Origin: a virus | Strand: one strand, 5' to 3' | DNA length: 64,000 nucleotides | IMG/VR virus record: IMGVR_UViG_3300021490_000002 | Coordinates: 1-64,000 of that record | In this document: piece after piece, positions 55,171 through 64,000 of the stretch | Numbering within the stretch: the first letter of the stretch is position 1 | Layout: every line of letters begins with the position of its first letter | Notes under the pieces: model-generated | Told to the model about the DNA's origin: nothing | The model's input: the letters and a program-made list of their open reading frames with translations, nothing else | The model's database searches: none | Program-made: the position numbers and the translations under genes

Positions 55171-55182
55171 AGGAGAGAAAGC

Positions 55183-55488
55183 ATGATTCATAGGGAAAAA
55201 CCAGGGGCAGATACCGAAGTCGTACTTTACACTTCCATCTCCAGAACGTATAATATTTTGTATATAGCTAATAACTCAGAAGAGGAAGACTTCGCTACTG
55301 TCGCTCTTCTTAAGTCTGGAGAGACAGGTGTCCAGGATAAAGAAATCTACCCATCTCTAAGAATACCTCCACACGACACATTTATTACATCACCAATTCC
55401 CCTAGACCAGACAGAATCAATCGCAGTCAAATCAGCAGGCGGAAACCTGGTATTTACATTGTTAGTATCAAGTGTTTACGAAGGGTAA
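55183..55488 (+). CDS. Small virion-type protein
   Basis: SD; beta-rich, 101 aa. Confidence 0.5.
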   Translation: MIHREKPGADTEVVLYTSISRTYNILYIANNSEEEDFATVALLKSGETGVQDKEIYPSLRIPPHDTFITSPIPLDQTESIAVKSAGGNLVFTLLVSSVYEG

Positions 55489-55518
55489 CATTAAACGTTT
55501 AAAGGGGGTCTTGACAAA

Positions 55519-55845
55519 ATGGCTAGAAGAAAAGTTAGAAAAAAGACAACGAGGGTAAAAAACAGAAGTAAATTCCCAAAGTCTCTAAAGAAGATGTTTC
55601 AAAAGGGTGGGAAACTACTAACACAAAAGAGACGTAGGGAACTCCCAGCCAGGTATTTTTTACTTCCAAAGCAACGGAAGTATCCGTACGTGAATCCAAA
55701 TACTGGGAAGCCTTCTGTTTATCTTTTAACTGCAGCTTATAGAAGGGCCAAACAATATCATAGAAATGATATAGCTGCCAAAGCTGCAAGATTGTTGAAA
55801 AGATATTTTGGAATAACTCCTGGAGAAAGAAGGAGAAGAAGGTAG
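55519..55845 (+). CDS. Highly basic protein (DUF6582-like motif)
   Basis: R/K-rich; LTQKRRRELPARYFLLPKQRKYP. Confidence 0.6.
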   Translation: MARRKVRKKTTRVKNRSKFPKSLKKMFQKGGKLLTQKRRRELPARYFLLPKQRKYPYVNPNTGKPSVYLLTAAYRRAKQYHRNDIAAKAARLLKRYFGITPGERRRRR

Positions 55846-55851
55846 TAAGAT

Positions 55852-57570
55852 ATGTTCCAAAAGTTTGGTAGAGGCCTAACCCAACCCTGGTCATTTTTGG
55901 ATTTAAATGACACACCCAACTCATACTCCCTACCAGAGGGCCTGTTTCAAATAGCCAAAACAGGCGACCAAGTAGTGGTAGCTCCTGTAGTTCCCGTTTA
56001 TCGTATGGGAACTGCAGGAGAAAATATTAGTAAAGGGAATGTTGTCTATATTGGGTCGGATGGAAATTATTATCAGCCAACTGAATATTCTAAGGATTAT
56101 GACATAGTTGGAGTGGCTTATAATGATGCTGCTGAAGGCGATTCATTACTAATTATTGTCTTCGGCATTATTAATGGTTTTGAAAATTTAAAAACAGGGA
56201 AGAAGTATTTTCTCGATAAAAACTTGCACTTAACTACAGATACATTAAAAGGTAAAATTCAGTATGGTATCGCAGTCTCAGAGACTGAAATATTAATAGA
56301 ATTATTTTCAGGAACAAGTACCTTCGGAGGTGGTGGAATGATAGATATGTTTGAAAAAAGGGAGGAGTATGATTCCAACGGAAACCTTATTTTTGAAGGT
56401 TCTGCTCCTCCAGGAAGTAAGGAGTCAGACCCTGTTTGGTTTATCCAAAGATATATCTATGAATCAAACAGTAGAAAAGTAACCCGTTTGTTTGCAAATA
56501 GAGATACTGAATTCAACAAGGTTTGGCGCTATAGGGAATACTATAATTACTTTGATGTTTTTAGCGAATTATACGAATATGACGAAAATGGATTTTTGAA
56601 GTATAAAGGGAAAGGAATTCCTGGAGCTACACCTGACTCTCTAGGCTGGGTAATTGCAAGAAATACGGCTGATGCTAACGGTAACACCATTGAGCTGGGG
56701 TATGCTGAAGGAAATCGTATAACGCATAAGAACATCTGGAACAACAGAGAGTCTTACAATTACGAGGTTGGGCACGTTGTTCTCATAGAATATGATACGC
56801 ATGGATATATTGTATATAAAGGCACAAGCGAAGCTGGAAAACAAACAGATAAACCTATTTGGACCATAGAAAAGTATGTTTATTACGGAAATAAGTTGTA
56901 TTCAATTGGCGTCGAAGAGAACGTTGCGTGGGATAATAGGGAAGCATATGACTACTCTTCCAAATATATCTACTTATCCTCTGCAGATGGGACTTACATT
57001 GGAGTCGCTGAGTCTCCAGCTTACCCTACAGACCCTGTGTGGGAGATAACTAAAGTTGTGACTGACCCAGATACAGGCAACGTTATCAAAATCCAAAAGA
57101 GGACTTCAGTTCGCTGGAGTGAAAAAGAAACGCTAGACTATACTCAGGAATATTGTGAGCTTTATGATTACGATGACGACGGAAAGCTTATTTATGTAGG
57201 TAAAACTAATACTCCTGGGCATGAAGAATGGAAGAATATTTGGGTAATAGAAAAGAATGTTATAGATGAAGCTACAGGACAATTGTTGCACGTATCAGTT
57301 GCTAACAAGAACCTAGAAAGCGACAACGTTTGGTCTCTCAGAGAGTCATATAATTATGATGAAGGAATCATTAGAATATATGATTACGATACTGACGGAA
57401 AAGTAATTTACGAAGGACATACAGTTGCAGGCGCTAAAACATCAGACCCTGCGTTTTTAATATATAAATTTAACTATGATGTTGACAGGAATATTGTCTC
57501 AAAACTATTACCAAATACAGACCCACAGGAATATAATAAAGTATGGGACGATAGGGCCACATACTTTTAA
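55852..57570 (+). CDS. Virion protein: cement-like N-terminal domain plus six tandem repeats of about 60-70 aa
   Basis: AGENISKGNVVY...VGVA...; repeat YD..G...Y.G....G.......W.I......W..RE.Y.Y, six copies. Confidence 0.75.
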   Translation: MFQKFGRGLTQPWSFLDLNDTPNSYSLPEGLFQIAKTGDQVVVAPVVPVYRMGTAGENISKGNVVYIGSDGNYYQPTEYSKDYDIVGVAYNDAAEGDSLLIIVFGIINGFENLKTGKKYFLDKNLHLTTDTLKGKIQYGIAVSETEILIELFSGTSTFGGGGMIDMFEKREEYDSNGNLIFEGSAPPGSKESDPVWFIQRYIYESNSRKVTRLFANRDTEFNKVWRYREYYNYFDVFSELYEYDENGFLKYKGKGIPGATPDSLGWVIARNTADANGNTIELGYAEGNRITHKNIWNNRESYNYEVGHVVLIEYDTHGYIVYKGTSEAGKQTDKPIWTIEKYVYYGNKLYSIGVEENVAWDNREAYDYSSKYIYLSSADGTYIGVAESPAYPTDPVWEITKVVTDPDTGNVIKIQKRTSVRWSEKETLDYTQEYCELYDYDDDGKLIYVGKTNTPGHEEWKNIWVIEKNVIDEATGQLLHVSVANKNLESDNVWSLRESYNYDEGIIRIYDYDTDGKVIYEGHTVAGAKTSDPAFLIYKFNYDVDRNIVSKLLPNTDPQEYNKVWDDRATYF

Positions 57571-57606
57571 AATACAGTGGGGTCTAAGTCAGCCCCACTG
57601 TATTTT
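57569..57606. terminator. Bidirectional intrinsic terminator between convergent operons
   Basis: AAAATACAGTGGGG-10 nt-CCCCACTGTATTTT. Confidence 0.8.
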
Positions 57607-58357
57607 GGTACAACATCTTTTCTGCACTTAAATCAAAGTCGATATAAATTCCACTTACACCCCTTCCTTTCCTTTCCAGAATCTTACTTACATAGAATGG
57701 GTATGTTAAGGTAAAGTTGCTCTCATACTTCTTTCCTATATGGTAAGGTAAGACGACAAACCAGCAATTATCAATAATTGGAGAGGGAATATGAACGTGG
57801 TAAACTATCTTGTTTTCTACAAAATAGTTAAAAAAGTTGATAAAATTCTTAGCTACTCCTATTGTAGCTCCTGGAAGGATGAAAATCTTATCATCTATAG
57901 CGTTAATGACGTCCAGATTCACCTGACTTAGTCTCAGTTCATGAAATGCAGTTACTGGAGGACAAAAGCAAATAAGGTCGTGTTCTTTTAAAGGGAAGTC
58001 AGCCGTGTCAGGAATTTCTTTCGGAATCGTTGGAATATTTTTACTCTCAACACTTTCCAATGTATATAAAAACTTATTAGTTAAATTAACCCTTTCAACG
58101 TTTACGTCTCTTACCAGATAGAATAGGTCATCCACAACGAGAGGCCTCTTTATATTAAACGCCTTGATAATATCTGTAAGAAAGGTACTAAAACAATTAT
58201 AAACTGGAACTGATATTATATCTACATACGCAACACAACCATTTAACACATATATTGTCTGACCTAACTTTTTCAAAATAAGAAAAGAATATGGAAAAGT
58301 CTCGTAATATTTTAATGCGTTATCATCTTTTATCTCAATGAGAAAGCTCATCTCCAA
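57584..58357 (-). CDS. Hypothetical protein
   Basis: ORF with SD. Confidence 0.55.
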   Translation of the reverse strand: MEMSFLIEIKDDNALKYYETFPYSFLILKKLGQTIYVLNGCVAYVDIISVPVYNCFSTFLTDIIKAFNIKRPLVVDDLFYLVRDVNVERVNLTNKFLYTLESVESKNIPTIPKEIPDTADFPLKEHDLICFCPPVTAFHELRLSQVNLDVINAIDDKIFILPGATIGVAKNFINFFNYFVENKIVYHVHIPSPIIDNCWFVVLPYHIGKKYESNFTLTYPFYVSKILERKGRGVSGIYIDFDLSAEKMLYQNTVGLT

Positions 58358-58583
58358 CTCCTTTTGAACACACTTCGTCCTCTAGGGCCTGTAAAGCATC
58401 CCAAAATCTTCTCCGCATTTCCCTATTGAATTCATCTTCCAACTGAGGATTTCCTGTCGGATTATTTTGTGTTGGAAAAGGATTCTGCATTAAGGCCTTT
58501 AGCCAATAGTACTCTTCTTCAGTTAGTTCTAATATTAATTTCTTTTCTACCTTGACACTCATTTTCATACCATACCTCCTCAA
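58335..58583 (-). CDS. Hypothetical protein
   Basis: ORF; the true start is probably a downstream Met after GGAGG. Confidence 0.55.
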   Translation of the reverse strand: MRRYGMKMSVKVEKKLILELTEEEYYWLKALMQNPFPTQNNPTGNPQLEDEFNREMRRRFWDALQALEDEVCSKGVGDELSH

Positions 58584-59107
58584 AAGTTTATGTTAATTGC
58601 CCTAGTCGTCCCATTTTTTTCAATCTCAAATTTACTATGTATGAGGCTTAAAAAGGATAGAGGAAGATGAATAGGCTTGTAGTAAAATTCTGGAGGCACA
58701 TAAGAATAATGTTTGATGGTAATACATGGAACCTCCTTTTTGTTGTACTCCTCTATAGCCCAGTATATGTTATAAAACCCTGCAATAAGAACAGGCGTAT
58801 TTTTATAAATCTCAACTACTGGAGGTAGTAATAATTTCCTTCCAAACTTTACTGCTTTACAATCATCTGAGACGTCAATACTTTTTTCTAAAAGTAAAGC
58901 ATAAAAAAGCTTATGTGCCTGCTCCTTCTCCGAATTATTGTCCTCTTTATCTGGGTATGTTGTAAATAAAGAATCTACGGAAAGGTACTCTATCTGGATT
59001 AAAGAAGACTTATATAAAGGAAGCTTCTTATCAGATATAGTTAAATTCCTAATGGCATTTGTAACTTCATTTCCATTAAATACTTTGTATGTATTTAAAG
59101 ATTTCAT
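58580..59107 (-). CDS. Hypothetical protein, weak ParB/Srx-like motif
   Basis: LPPVVE...VLIAGF...AI....KEVPCI, lacking the usual DG.HR. Confidence 0.35.
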   Translation of the reverse strand: MKSLNTYKVFNGNEVTNAIRNLTISDKKLPLYKSSLIQIEYLSVDSLFTTYPDKEDNNSEKEQAHKLFYALLLEKSIDVSDDCKAVKFGRKLLLPPVVEIYKNTPVLIAGFYNIYWAIEEYNKKEVPCITIKHYSYVPPEFYYKPIHLPLSFLSLIHSKFEIEKNGTTRAININF

Positions 59108-59129
59108 TGTTCCCTCCCTATGCCAAAAA

Positions 59130-59669
59130 TTATTTATTGTTAGTTTGTGTTGGCCTATAAGGAGAGGTTGGTTTTATAGAAAAACGACCTCCGATAATCC
59201 CTGTTTCCTTTAATACTAACTCCGACTCCTCTTTAATAGGCAACTTTCCGTGTTCTTTCGTATATTTGCGAACAAAGGCAAGGTAATCTTCAGGTTCGAC
59301 TGCTGCTCTCATAGGGGATGGCTTCCTATTTAATAACTCTTGCTTTCTCCTAAGACCTCTAATTTCTTCCCCCAGAATAAACCTAAAATTTGTGACAAAA
59401 CTTTCAGGCATGTCTAAAAATCCATCTATTTTATCTTTAGGAACGTTTAACCTTTGAATCAAACCTCCAACTGGAGAAAAGGGCTGGTAAACTACTTTTC
59501 CTTTATGCTTAACTTCTTTGTATGCTTCGTTTGTATTCTCGTGTAATTCCAATTGGATATAACAACCTTCAACTTCATAATACGTGTTTTTCTCCGTAAC
59601 AAAACCACCTATCACCTTCCCAGAGCTCATTAAGATAAATTTTAGTTCCTTCCCATAAAGTTCGCCCAT
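59130..59669 (-). CDS. Hypothetical protein
   Basis: AGGAG SD; Sm-like N-terminal pattern. Confidence 0.55.
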   Translation of the reverse strand: MGELYGKELKFILMSSGKVIGGFVTEKNTYYEVEGCYIQLELHENTNEAYKEVKHKGKVVYQPFSPVGGLIQRLNVPKDKIDGFLDMPESFVTNFRFILGEEIRGLRRKQELLNRKPSPMRAAVEPEDYLAFVRKYTKEHGKLPIKEESELVLKETGIIGGRFSIKPTSPYRPTQTNNK

Positions 59670-59681
59670 AGAAATTCTCCT

Positions 59682-60329
59682 TTACTTTTCAGGGATGAAT
59701 AAATGTGTAGCCCTATATTTTACAGTAACTGAATTATTTGCGTCATTATTGACAATAGTTGAGTAATAATTATCCATGTCGTCTGGATAATGAATAAATA
59801 TGTCAACTTCGGTAGTAGCTAATTTATATACATGCTCTTCAACTAAGACATATACCTCTGTTACTAAAGTCTCTTCCAAAGTAAGCGTAGCTCCTGCACC
59901 TATTTCTATATCTCCAGATAGGAACTTGTTTACTGCAGCCAGTTCATAGACATAATTAAAATCTATTGCGTCTATGATTGAGCCCATGCCTGTATAATCT
60001 ACCCTTACAGTGGTCCCAATTTTACTTTCATTAAAAAATACTAATTGTTGGTAAGGAGCAACAAAATATTGGTCCACACCTGGAGGGAAAGTGTTAGTTC
60101 CAGTTATTAACTCACCTGTATCCATGTTAATTACAGTAATCATTCCACTTGTTCCGAGGGCAGATACAGGACGCTCATATAGCCTTACATATCCAACATT
60201 ACTATATTTTGGATGCTCAACTATTTCAAGCACATCTGACCTGGGCTGAAAATCATTACCCTCTGTAGGAGTAGCTCTTCTATTGATTACAGGAATACGA
60301 GGACCAACACCATGACTTGCAACATACAT
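59682..60329 (-). CDS. Putative virion protein
   Basis: Paralogous to the N-terminus of 52444..55170. Confidence 0.55.
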   Translation of the reverse strand: MYVASHGVGPRIPVINRRATPTEGNDFQPRSDVLEIVEHPKYSNVGYVRLYERPVSALGTSGMITVINMDTGELITGTNTFPPGVDQYFVAPYQQLVFFNESKIGTTVRVDYTGMGSIIDAIDFNYVYELAAVNKFLSGDIEIGAGATLTLEETLVTEVYVLVEEHVYKLATTEVDIFIHYPDDMDNYYSTIVNNDANNSVTVKYRATHLFIPEK

Positions 60330-60330
60330 C

Positions 60331-61176
60331 CTAAGTCCTCCTTATTTTAAAATAAAGTTTATAAACGACATCTATAAAACTTCCCGTATCTGTTGCCCGA
60401 CCTATTTCACCAAGTATTTCAGAAGTCTCCAAAACTTCTTTTTCACTAATTTGATAGTTGGCCTTGAGCTCACTAAAGAAGGCATTTTTAAAATAGTCTA
60501 AAAGAGCTATTTTCAATGGAAATATGCCAAACTTTTGCAAATACGACTCAAATAATTCGCTGAATTCATTTATTGGCGACTCCAGCAGAGCTGCAATGAA
60601 TTCTTTTTGCTCTGTTTGATAGTTACTAAGTTGCGTCATTACTTCTCTCCTATTCGTAGCCCTTTGTAGATGTTTGGCAAAGAACTTTAAAACACTTATT
60701 CTTCCTTGACTCACATCATATAATTTTTCTGCTATGGCCTTATTGTATTTCCATAAACATTTTTTAGCCAAATTCTTGGTGACAAAATCCACTGCATCCA
60801 GAGTCAAGTTCCCAATAATAATTCTATTGGGAGATACTATTTCATCTTCAAAAAATATTCCTACATTACTTTTGTCAATGAAATACGATACAAACTTTCT
60901 GTCTGGGATATGGACAAAAAAATAAATTTCCTTTATGGCGGGAGACTTTAATACTCGTAAAGTCTTATCTGTTCTAACACATAGAGCCATTTTATCTATA
61001 TAAACTACATTTTCACTTCCTAAAATATTCTGGAGGAGTAGCAAAGGAATGTCAGGTTCGCTTGCAACAAATTGGGTGCAGGGGAGGATTCCCTCCCCCA
61101 GCTCATATTCATCTAAATGTTTGTTTGACTGCATTAAGGCAGAGAATAATTCCAAAGGGTCTTTATTCTTCCTCAT
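60331..61176 (-). CDS. Hypothetical protein, possible inactive clamp-loader-like subunit
   Basis: IAEKLYDVSQGRI resembles an AAA+ lid; helical collar-like C-terminus; no Walker A. Confidence 0.3.
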   Translation of the reverse strand: MRKNKDPLELFSALMQSNKHLDEYELGEGILPCTQFVASEPDIPLLLLQNILGSENVVYIDKMALCVRTDKTLRVLKSPAIKEIYFFVHIPDRKFVSYFIDKSNVGIFFEDEIVSPNRIIIGNLTLDAVDFVTKNLAKKCLWKYNKAIAEKLYDVSQGRISVLKFFAKHLQRATNRREVMTQLSNYQTEQKEFIAALLESPINEFSELFESYLQKFGIFPLKIALLDYFKNAFFSELKANYQISEKEVLETSEILGEIGRATDTGSFIDVVYKLYFKIRRT

Positions 61177-62008
61177 CCTTCTTCCCTAGCTTTCTTTCTC
61201 TTGGTTGAATTACAAATTCATAATATTCCTCATCTGTAAGTCCCATTGAAGCAGCCCTTCTTTTATCTTCTGGACTCAACTCTACTTTCTTTCCTCCTTC
61301 TCCGCCACCTCCACCTTCACCAGTGTCTTCTCTAGGAGTCTTCTTTTGAGGTGGTTCGCCCTTAACTAAATTTGAATTCTCTGGAGCAGATAAGAATTTT
61401 TCTAAGAATTCCTTTGGAGATAATTCTGCGATACCGCCAGACTCTGTTTTCTCTTCTACGACATATTCTCCATCCTCATTCACCTTAAAGAAATGTTTTG
61501 TAATTAAATATATTTGTTCTGGATTGACTGCGTTCATCTGCGTGGCAAGGTTTACCAGCTCAGCTTTCAACTTATAATCACTAAGTTCTCTTACTTTTTG
61601 TTCCCTTTCTTCTAATGCGCTTTTCACCTTCTCATACTCATCTTTAGGGACATAGTTCTCTAGCTGCTTTTTCAGCTTATCTAGCTCTCCAAGTAATTTC
61701 TCCTTTTCGTAGCGCTCCTTCTCCAACTCGTCCATCCGCTTCTTTTTCTCTTCCTCTTCCTTCTCCTTATACTTCTGCAATTCCTCTTCCAAAGACTTAT
61801 ACTTTTCCAGTTCTTCCTGTAGGGACTGTAAAGAATTTAGCTGTTCTTGAAGGTCGTTCATTTGTTTTTGAAGCTCACGGCGCTCTTTCTTTAACTTGTC
61901 TCTCTGTTCTATAACCTTCTTAAACTCAGTTTCAGGAATATACTTCCCTTCACCACCTCCACCTTCAGGTGGAGTAGGATTGTTGTTATTAACTTTTCCA
62001 TCACCCAT
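61163..62008 (-). CDS. Head scaffolding protein
   Basis: E/K coiled coil; KYIPETEFKKV; AVNPEQI; directly downstream of portal. Confidence 0.75.
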   Translation of the reverse strand: MGDGKVNNNNPTPPEGGGGEGKYIPETEFKKVIEQRDKLKKERRELQKQMNDLQEQLNSLQSLQEELEKYKSLEEELQKYKEKEEEEKKKRMDELEKERYEKEKLLGELDKLKKQLENYVPKDEYEKVKSALEEREQKVRELSDYKLKAELVNLATQMNAVNPEQIYLITKHFFKVNEDGEYVVEEKTESGGIAELSPKEFLEKFLSAPENSNLVKGEPPQKKTPREDTGEGGGGGEGGKKVELSPEDKRRAASMGLTDEEYYEFVIQPRERKLGKKDEEE

Positions 62009-62050
62009 AGTTTATACCTCCTTCATATATGATTTCTGTTGATTATATAT

Positions 62051-63526
62051 TTATTTCTTATTGCTGTCAACTGCAGAAAAGGAAACCATCTTAGCTAATT
62101 TACCTTTTTGTATCTGGGAAATAGGAAGAGGAAGGATATACGTTAGTTCTCTAATTAATTCGGAGACGTATTCTGGGGATAAACCTGTTTGCACTAAATT
62201 GGAAATATTTAAAGTTGATACAATCCAGGACTGTAGTGAGTCTAAGGAAAAAGTATCTGGGTATAATATTTCAAGGTCATCCCCTGCTTCTTTACCTATA
62301 TACTTTCCAATCGTCTGGAATATTCTTTTTTCAACTAGGGCCATACTTTTACAAAATTTTGCAAGCTTATTAGATACATACTCCATATCAAACGAACCGT
62401 CGTATCTCTGTATCCCAGACAAATACATTGCAAAAAATATTGCGTCTCTCACAATCTTCCACACATTTCCCATACCGCTGACTGGAGGGGAAATGTAGTT
62501 TGGAGGATGTCCTGTATTTGCAGGAAATGTTAGAACAGTGGACTTTGCTAATCTCCGTAATGCAGGGTCCAGCCCTTGTTCAATAAATGAGTCTGCATTA
62601 GCTAGTTCAAGGTAGAGGTTATATTCTTCATCGTATTGCATCTGTCTTAATTCAGATTGTTTGGCTTGCCATTCTTCAATACTTCCATCGTCTGGAAGTG
62701 TAAGCTGGTAAAATGCATTTCTTTCCCCCAGCTCCTCTGCGAGCGAGATGTTGTTTAAAATTCCTTTCATTATGTAAGCTAATCCCAAACCTAATCCTTG
62801 GCGTCTATTGATTCTGAAAGAAGACGGAAAGTTGAGCTGAAACACAGGTGTGTAGCCTAACCCATGCTCAAATGGCTTTACGATATTGTTACCGTTCTCA
62901 TCAACTTCATAAATTTTTTCGTAATCTACGATAATATAAACATCTACTTCATCTCCCTCAACAACTTTTGTTGTTTTAAAGGTTGCCCACATAAATCCAT
63001 GCCGTCTCCTCTTATCCCAATTGATTAACTGGGTAGGAGAAAATAAGGAAACTGTAGGCATTATTTCTTCCGCAGAACTACTATACTCTGGAAAGTCCAC
63101 CCCTTCGTCTATAGAGGTAAATGCGTAATCAACAAAGATATATGCCGAGCCAAAGTAAGCAGATAAGATTCCTGCCTCACACATAAAGTCGTCCAACGGG
63201 TCTCCATAACCCGTAGCATCGTCAATAAAATCCAAATATTCATCTACGCCTTTTCTAATTACACCCTCTTTAAAAATTGGCTCTACAAAAGAATTCAAAA
63301 CCTTTCTAGCTATGTCAAAGTACCATGCTCTTTTCAAACGAGTTTGATAGGCAGAAGAGTCTTCAAAGCTATGTTGTAATAAATAATCTTTCGTAACAAA
63401 GTCTTCCCCACCTTCAAGAGCATCTAATAGAAAGTCATATTCGTTGGCATATTTATCATACAAAGGATGATTGTCCATGCGGTCTTTTATACCAGGTAAT
63501 TTGTAACCCATACGAGTACCCCCCAA
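62051..63526 (-). CDS. Portal protein (DUF4055-like)
   Basis: HPLY...DALEGG....YL.....E....YQTRLKRA...IF; G.AYIFVD; INW; HGLGYTP. Confidence 0.85.
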   Translation of the reverse strand: MGGTRMGYKLPGIKDRMDNHPLYDKYANEYDFLLDALEGGEDFVTKDYLLQHSFEDSSAYQTRLKRAWYFDIARKVLNSFVEPIFKEGVIRKGVDEYLDFIDDATGYGDPLDDFMCEAGILSAYFGSAYIFVDYAFTSIDEGVDFPEYSSSAEEIMPTVSLFSPTQLINWDKRRRHGFMWATFKTTKVVEGDEVDVYIIVDYEKIYEVDENGNNIVKPFEHGLGYTPVFQLNFPSSFRINRRQGLGLGLAYIMKGILNNISLAEELGERNAFYQLTLPDDGSIEEWQAKQSELRQMQYDEEYNLYLELANADSFIEQGLDPALRRLAKSTVLTFPANTGHPPNYISPPVSGMGNVWKIVRDAIFFAMYLSGIQRYDGSFDMEYVSNKLAKFCKSMALVEKRIFQTIGKYIGKEAGDDLEILYPDTFSLDSLQSWIVSTLNISNLVQTGLSPEYVSELIRELTYILPLPISQIQKGKLAKMVSFSAVDSNKK

Positions 63527-64000
63527 TTATTTTTGCCAAATTTCTGTTGCCTTACAATCGGCCTCTAGTGGAATCTTCCACATAAAATCCTTTACAAACG
63601 GATATTTCTCTTTGATTTTATTTTCCATACAATCCTTGACTAGACTTTTTATGTAATCTTGAGGGACGTCATTTCTGACTTCTAAGATGACTTCATCATG
63701 AACTTCTCCCCAGAAATTTACCTTATTTATGTATAAAGGGCAACTTATCTTTTTTCCAGCCCTTCTTACAATTACCTTTTCCGACCTTAGCCTCTCCATA
63801 ATAGTATTGAGAGCCATCAAGAAAATGTCTGATGCAGTAGATTGGACGCATGTATTGACCGCTTTTCTGTAAACACTAGCATCCAACTTATTAAACCTTC
63901 TGATTCTTCCAGTAGCCGTCCTAATAAAAAGATTTTTTTCTACAAATGCATGGACTTCTTGTATCCAATTGTATATAGATTGCATTCCCTCAAAATAATC
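63527..64000 (-). CDS. DNA polymerase family A, C-terminal part (truncated by window)
   Basis: RTATGRIRR, AVNTCVQSTASD, motif C VHDE. Confidence 0.9.
   Translation of the reverse strand, partial: DYFEGMQSIYNWIQEVHAFVEKNLFIRTATGRIRRFNKLDASVYRKAVNTCVQSTASDIFLMALNTIMERLRSEKVIVRRAGKKISCPLYINKVNFWGEVHDEVILEVRNDVPQDYIKSLVKDCMENKIKEKYPFVKDFMWKIPLEADCKATEIWQK

Noticed and set aside
56362-57567. RHS/YD-repeat toxin
   Set aside because: YD..G motifs occur, but the period is 60-70 aa with conserved Trp residues, and there is no RHS core or toxin tip.

Overview
The window is a 64-kb piece of a large, AT-rich tailed dsDNA bacteriophage in the standard genetic code, with strong GGAGG Shine-Dalgarno (SD) sites. 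No tail sheath is visible, so it is probably a long-tailed siphovirus. From left to right: (i) 1-1.4 kb, leftward, probably early genes whose coding sequences carry about 15 different perfect 10-24 bp inverted repeats; one gene looks like a sigma factor with its domains in reversed order. (ii) 1.4-2.3 kb, a non-coding control region with five leftward sigma54-type (-24/-12) motifs, three of them perfect and in tandem, plus repeats resembling activator sites. (iii) 2.3-7.8 kb, leftward SNase, 3D-domain, hypothetical and two LamG fibre genes. (iv) 7.9-57.6 kb, a rightward virion operon: capsid, neck, two tail-tube paralogues, a -1 frameshift chaperone, a 3174-aa tape measure, hub/tip, many fibres and adhesins, a spermidine synthase-like gene, terminase and a six-repeat protein. 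(v) 57.6-64 kb, leftward genes including scaffold, portal and the C-terminus of a family A DNA polymerase. The best candidates for new biology are the hairpin-saturated, sigma54-fronted module and a possible scaffold-and-tag adhesin system (six-repeat protein plus four NPFT-tagged adhesins). All product calls come from motif recognition by eye; no searches were run.
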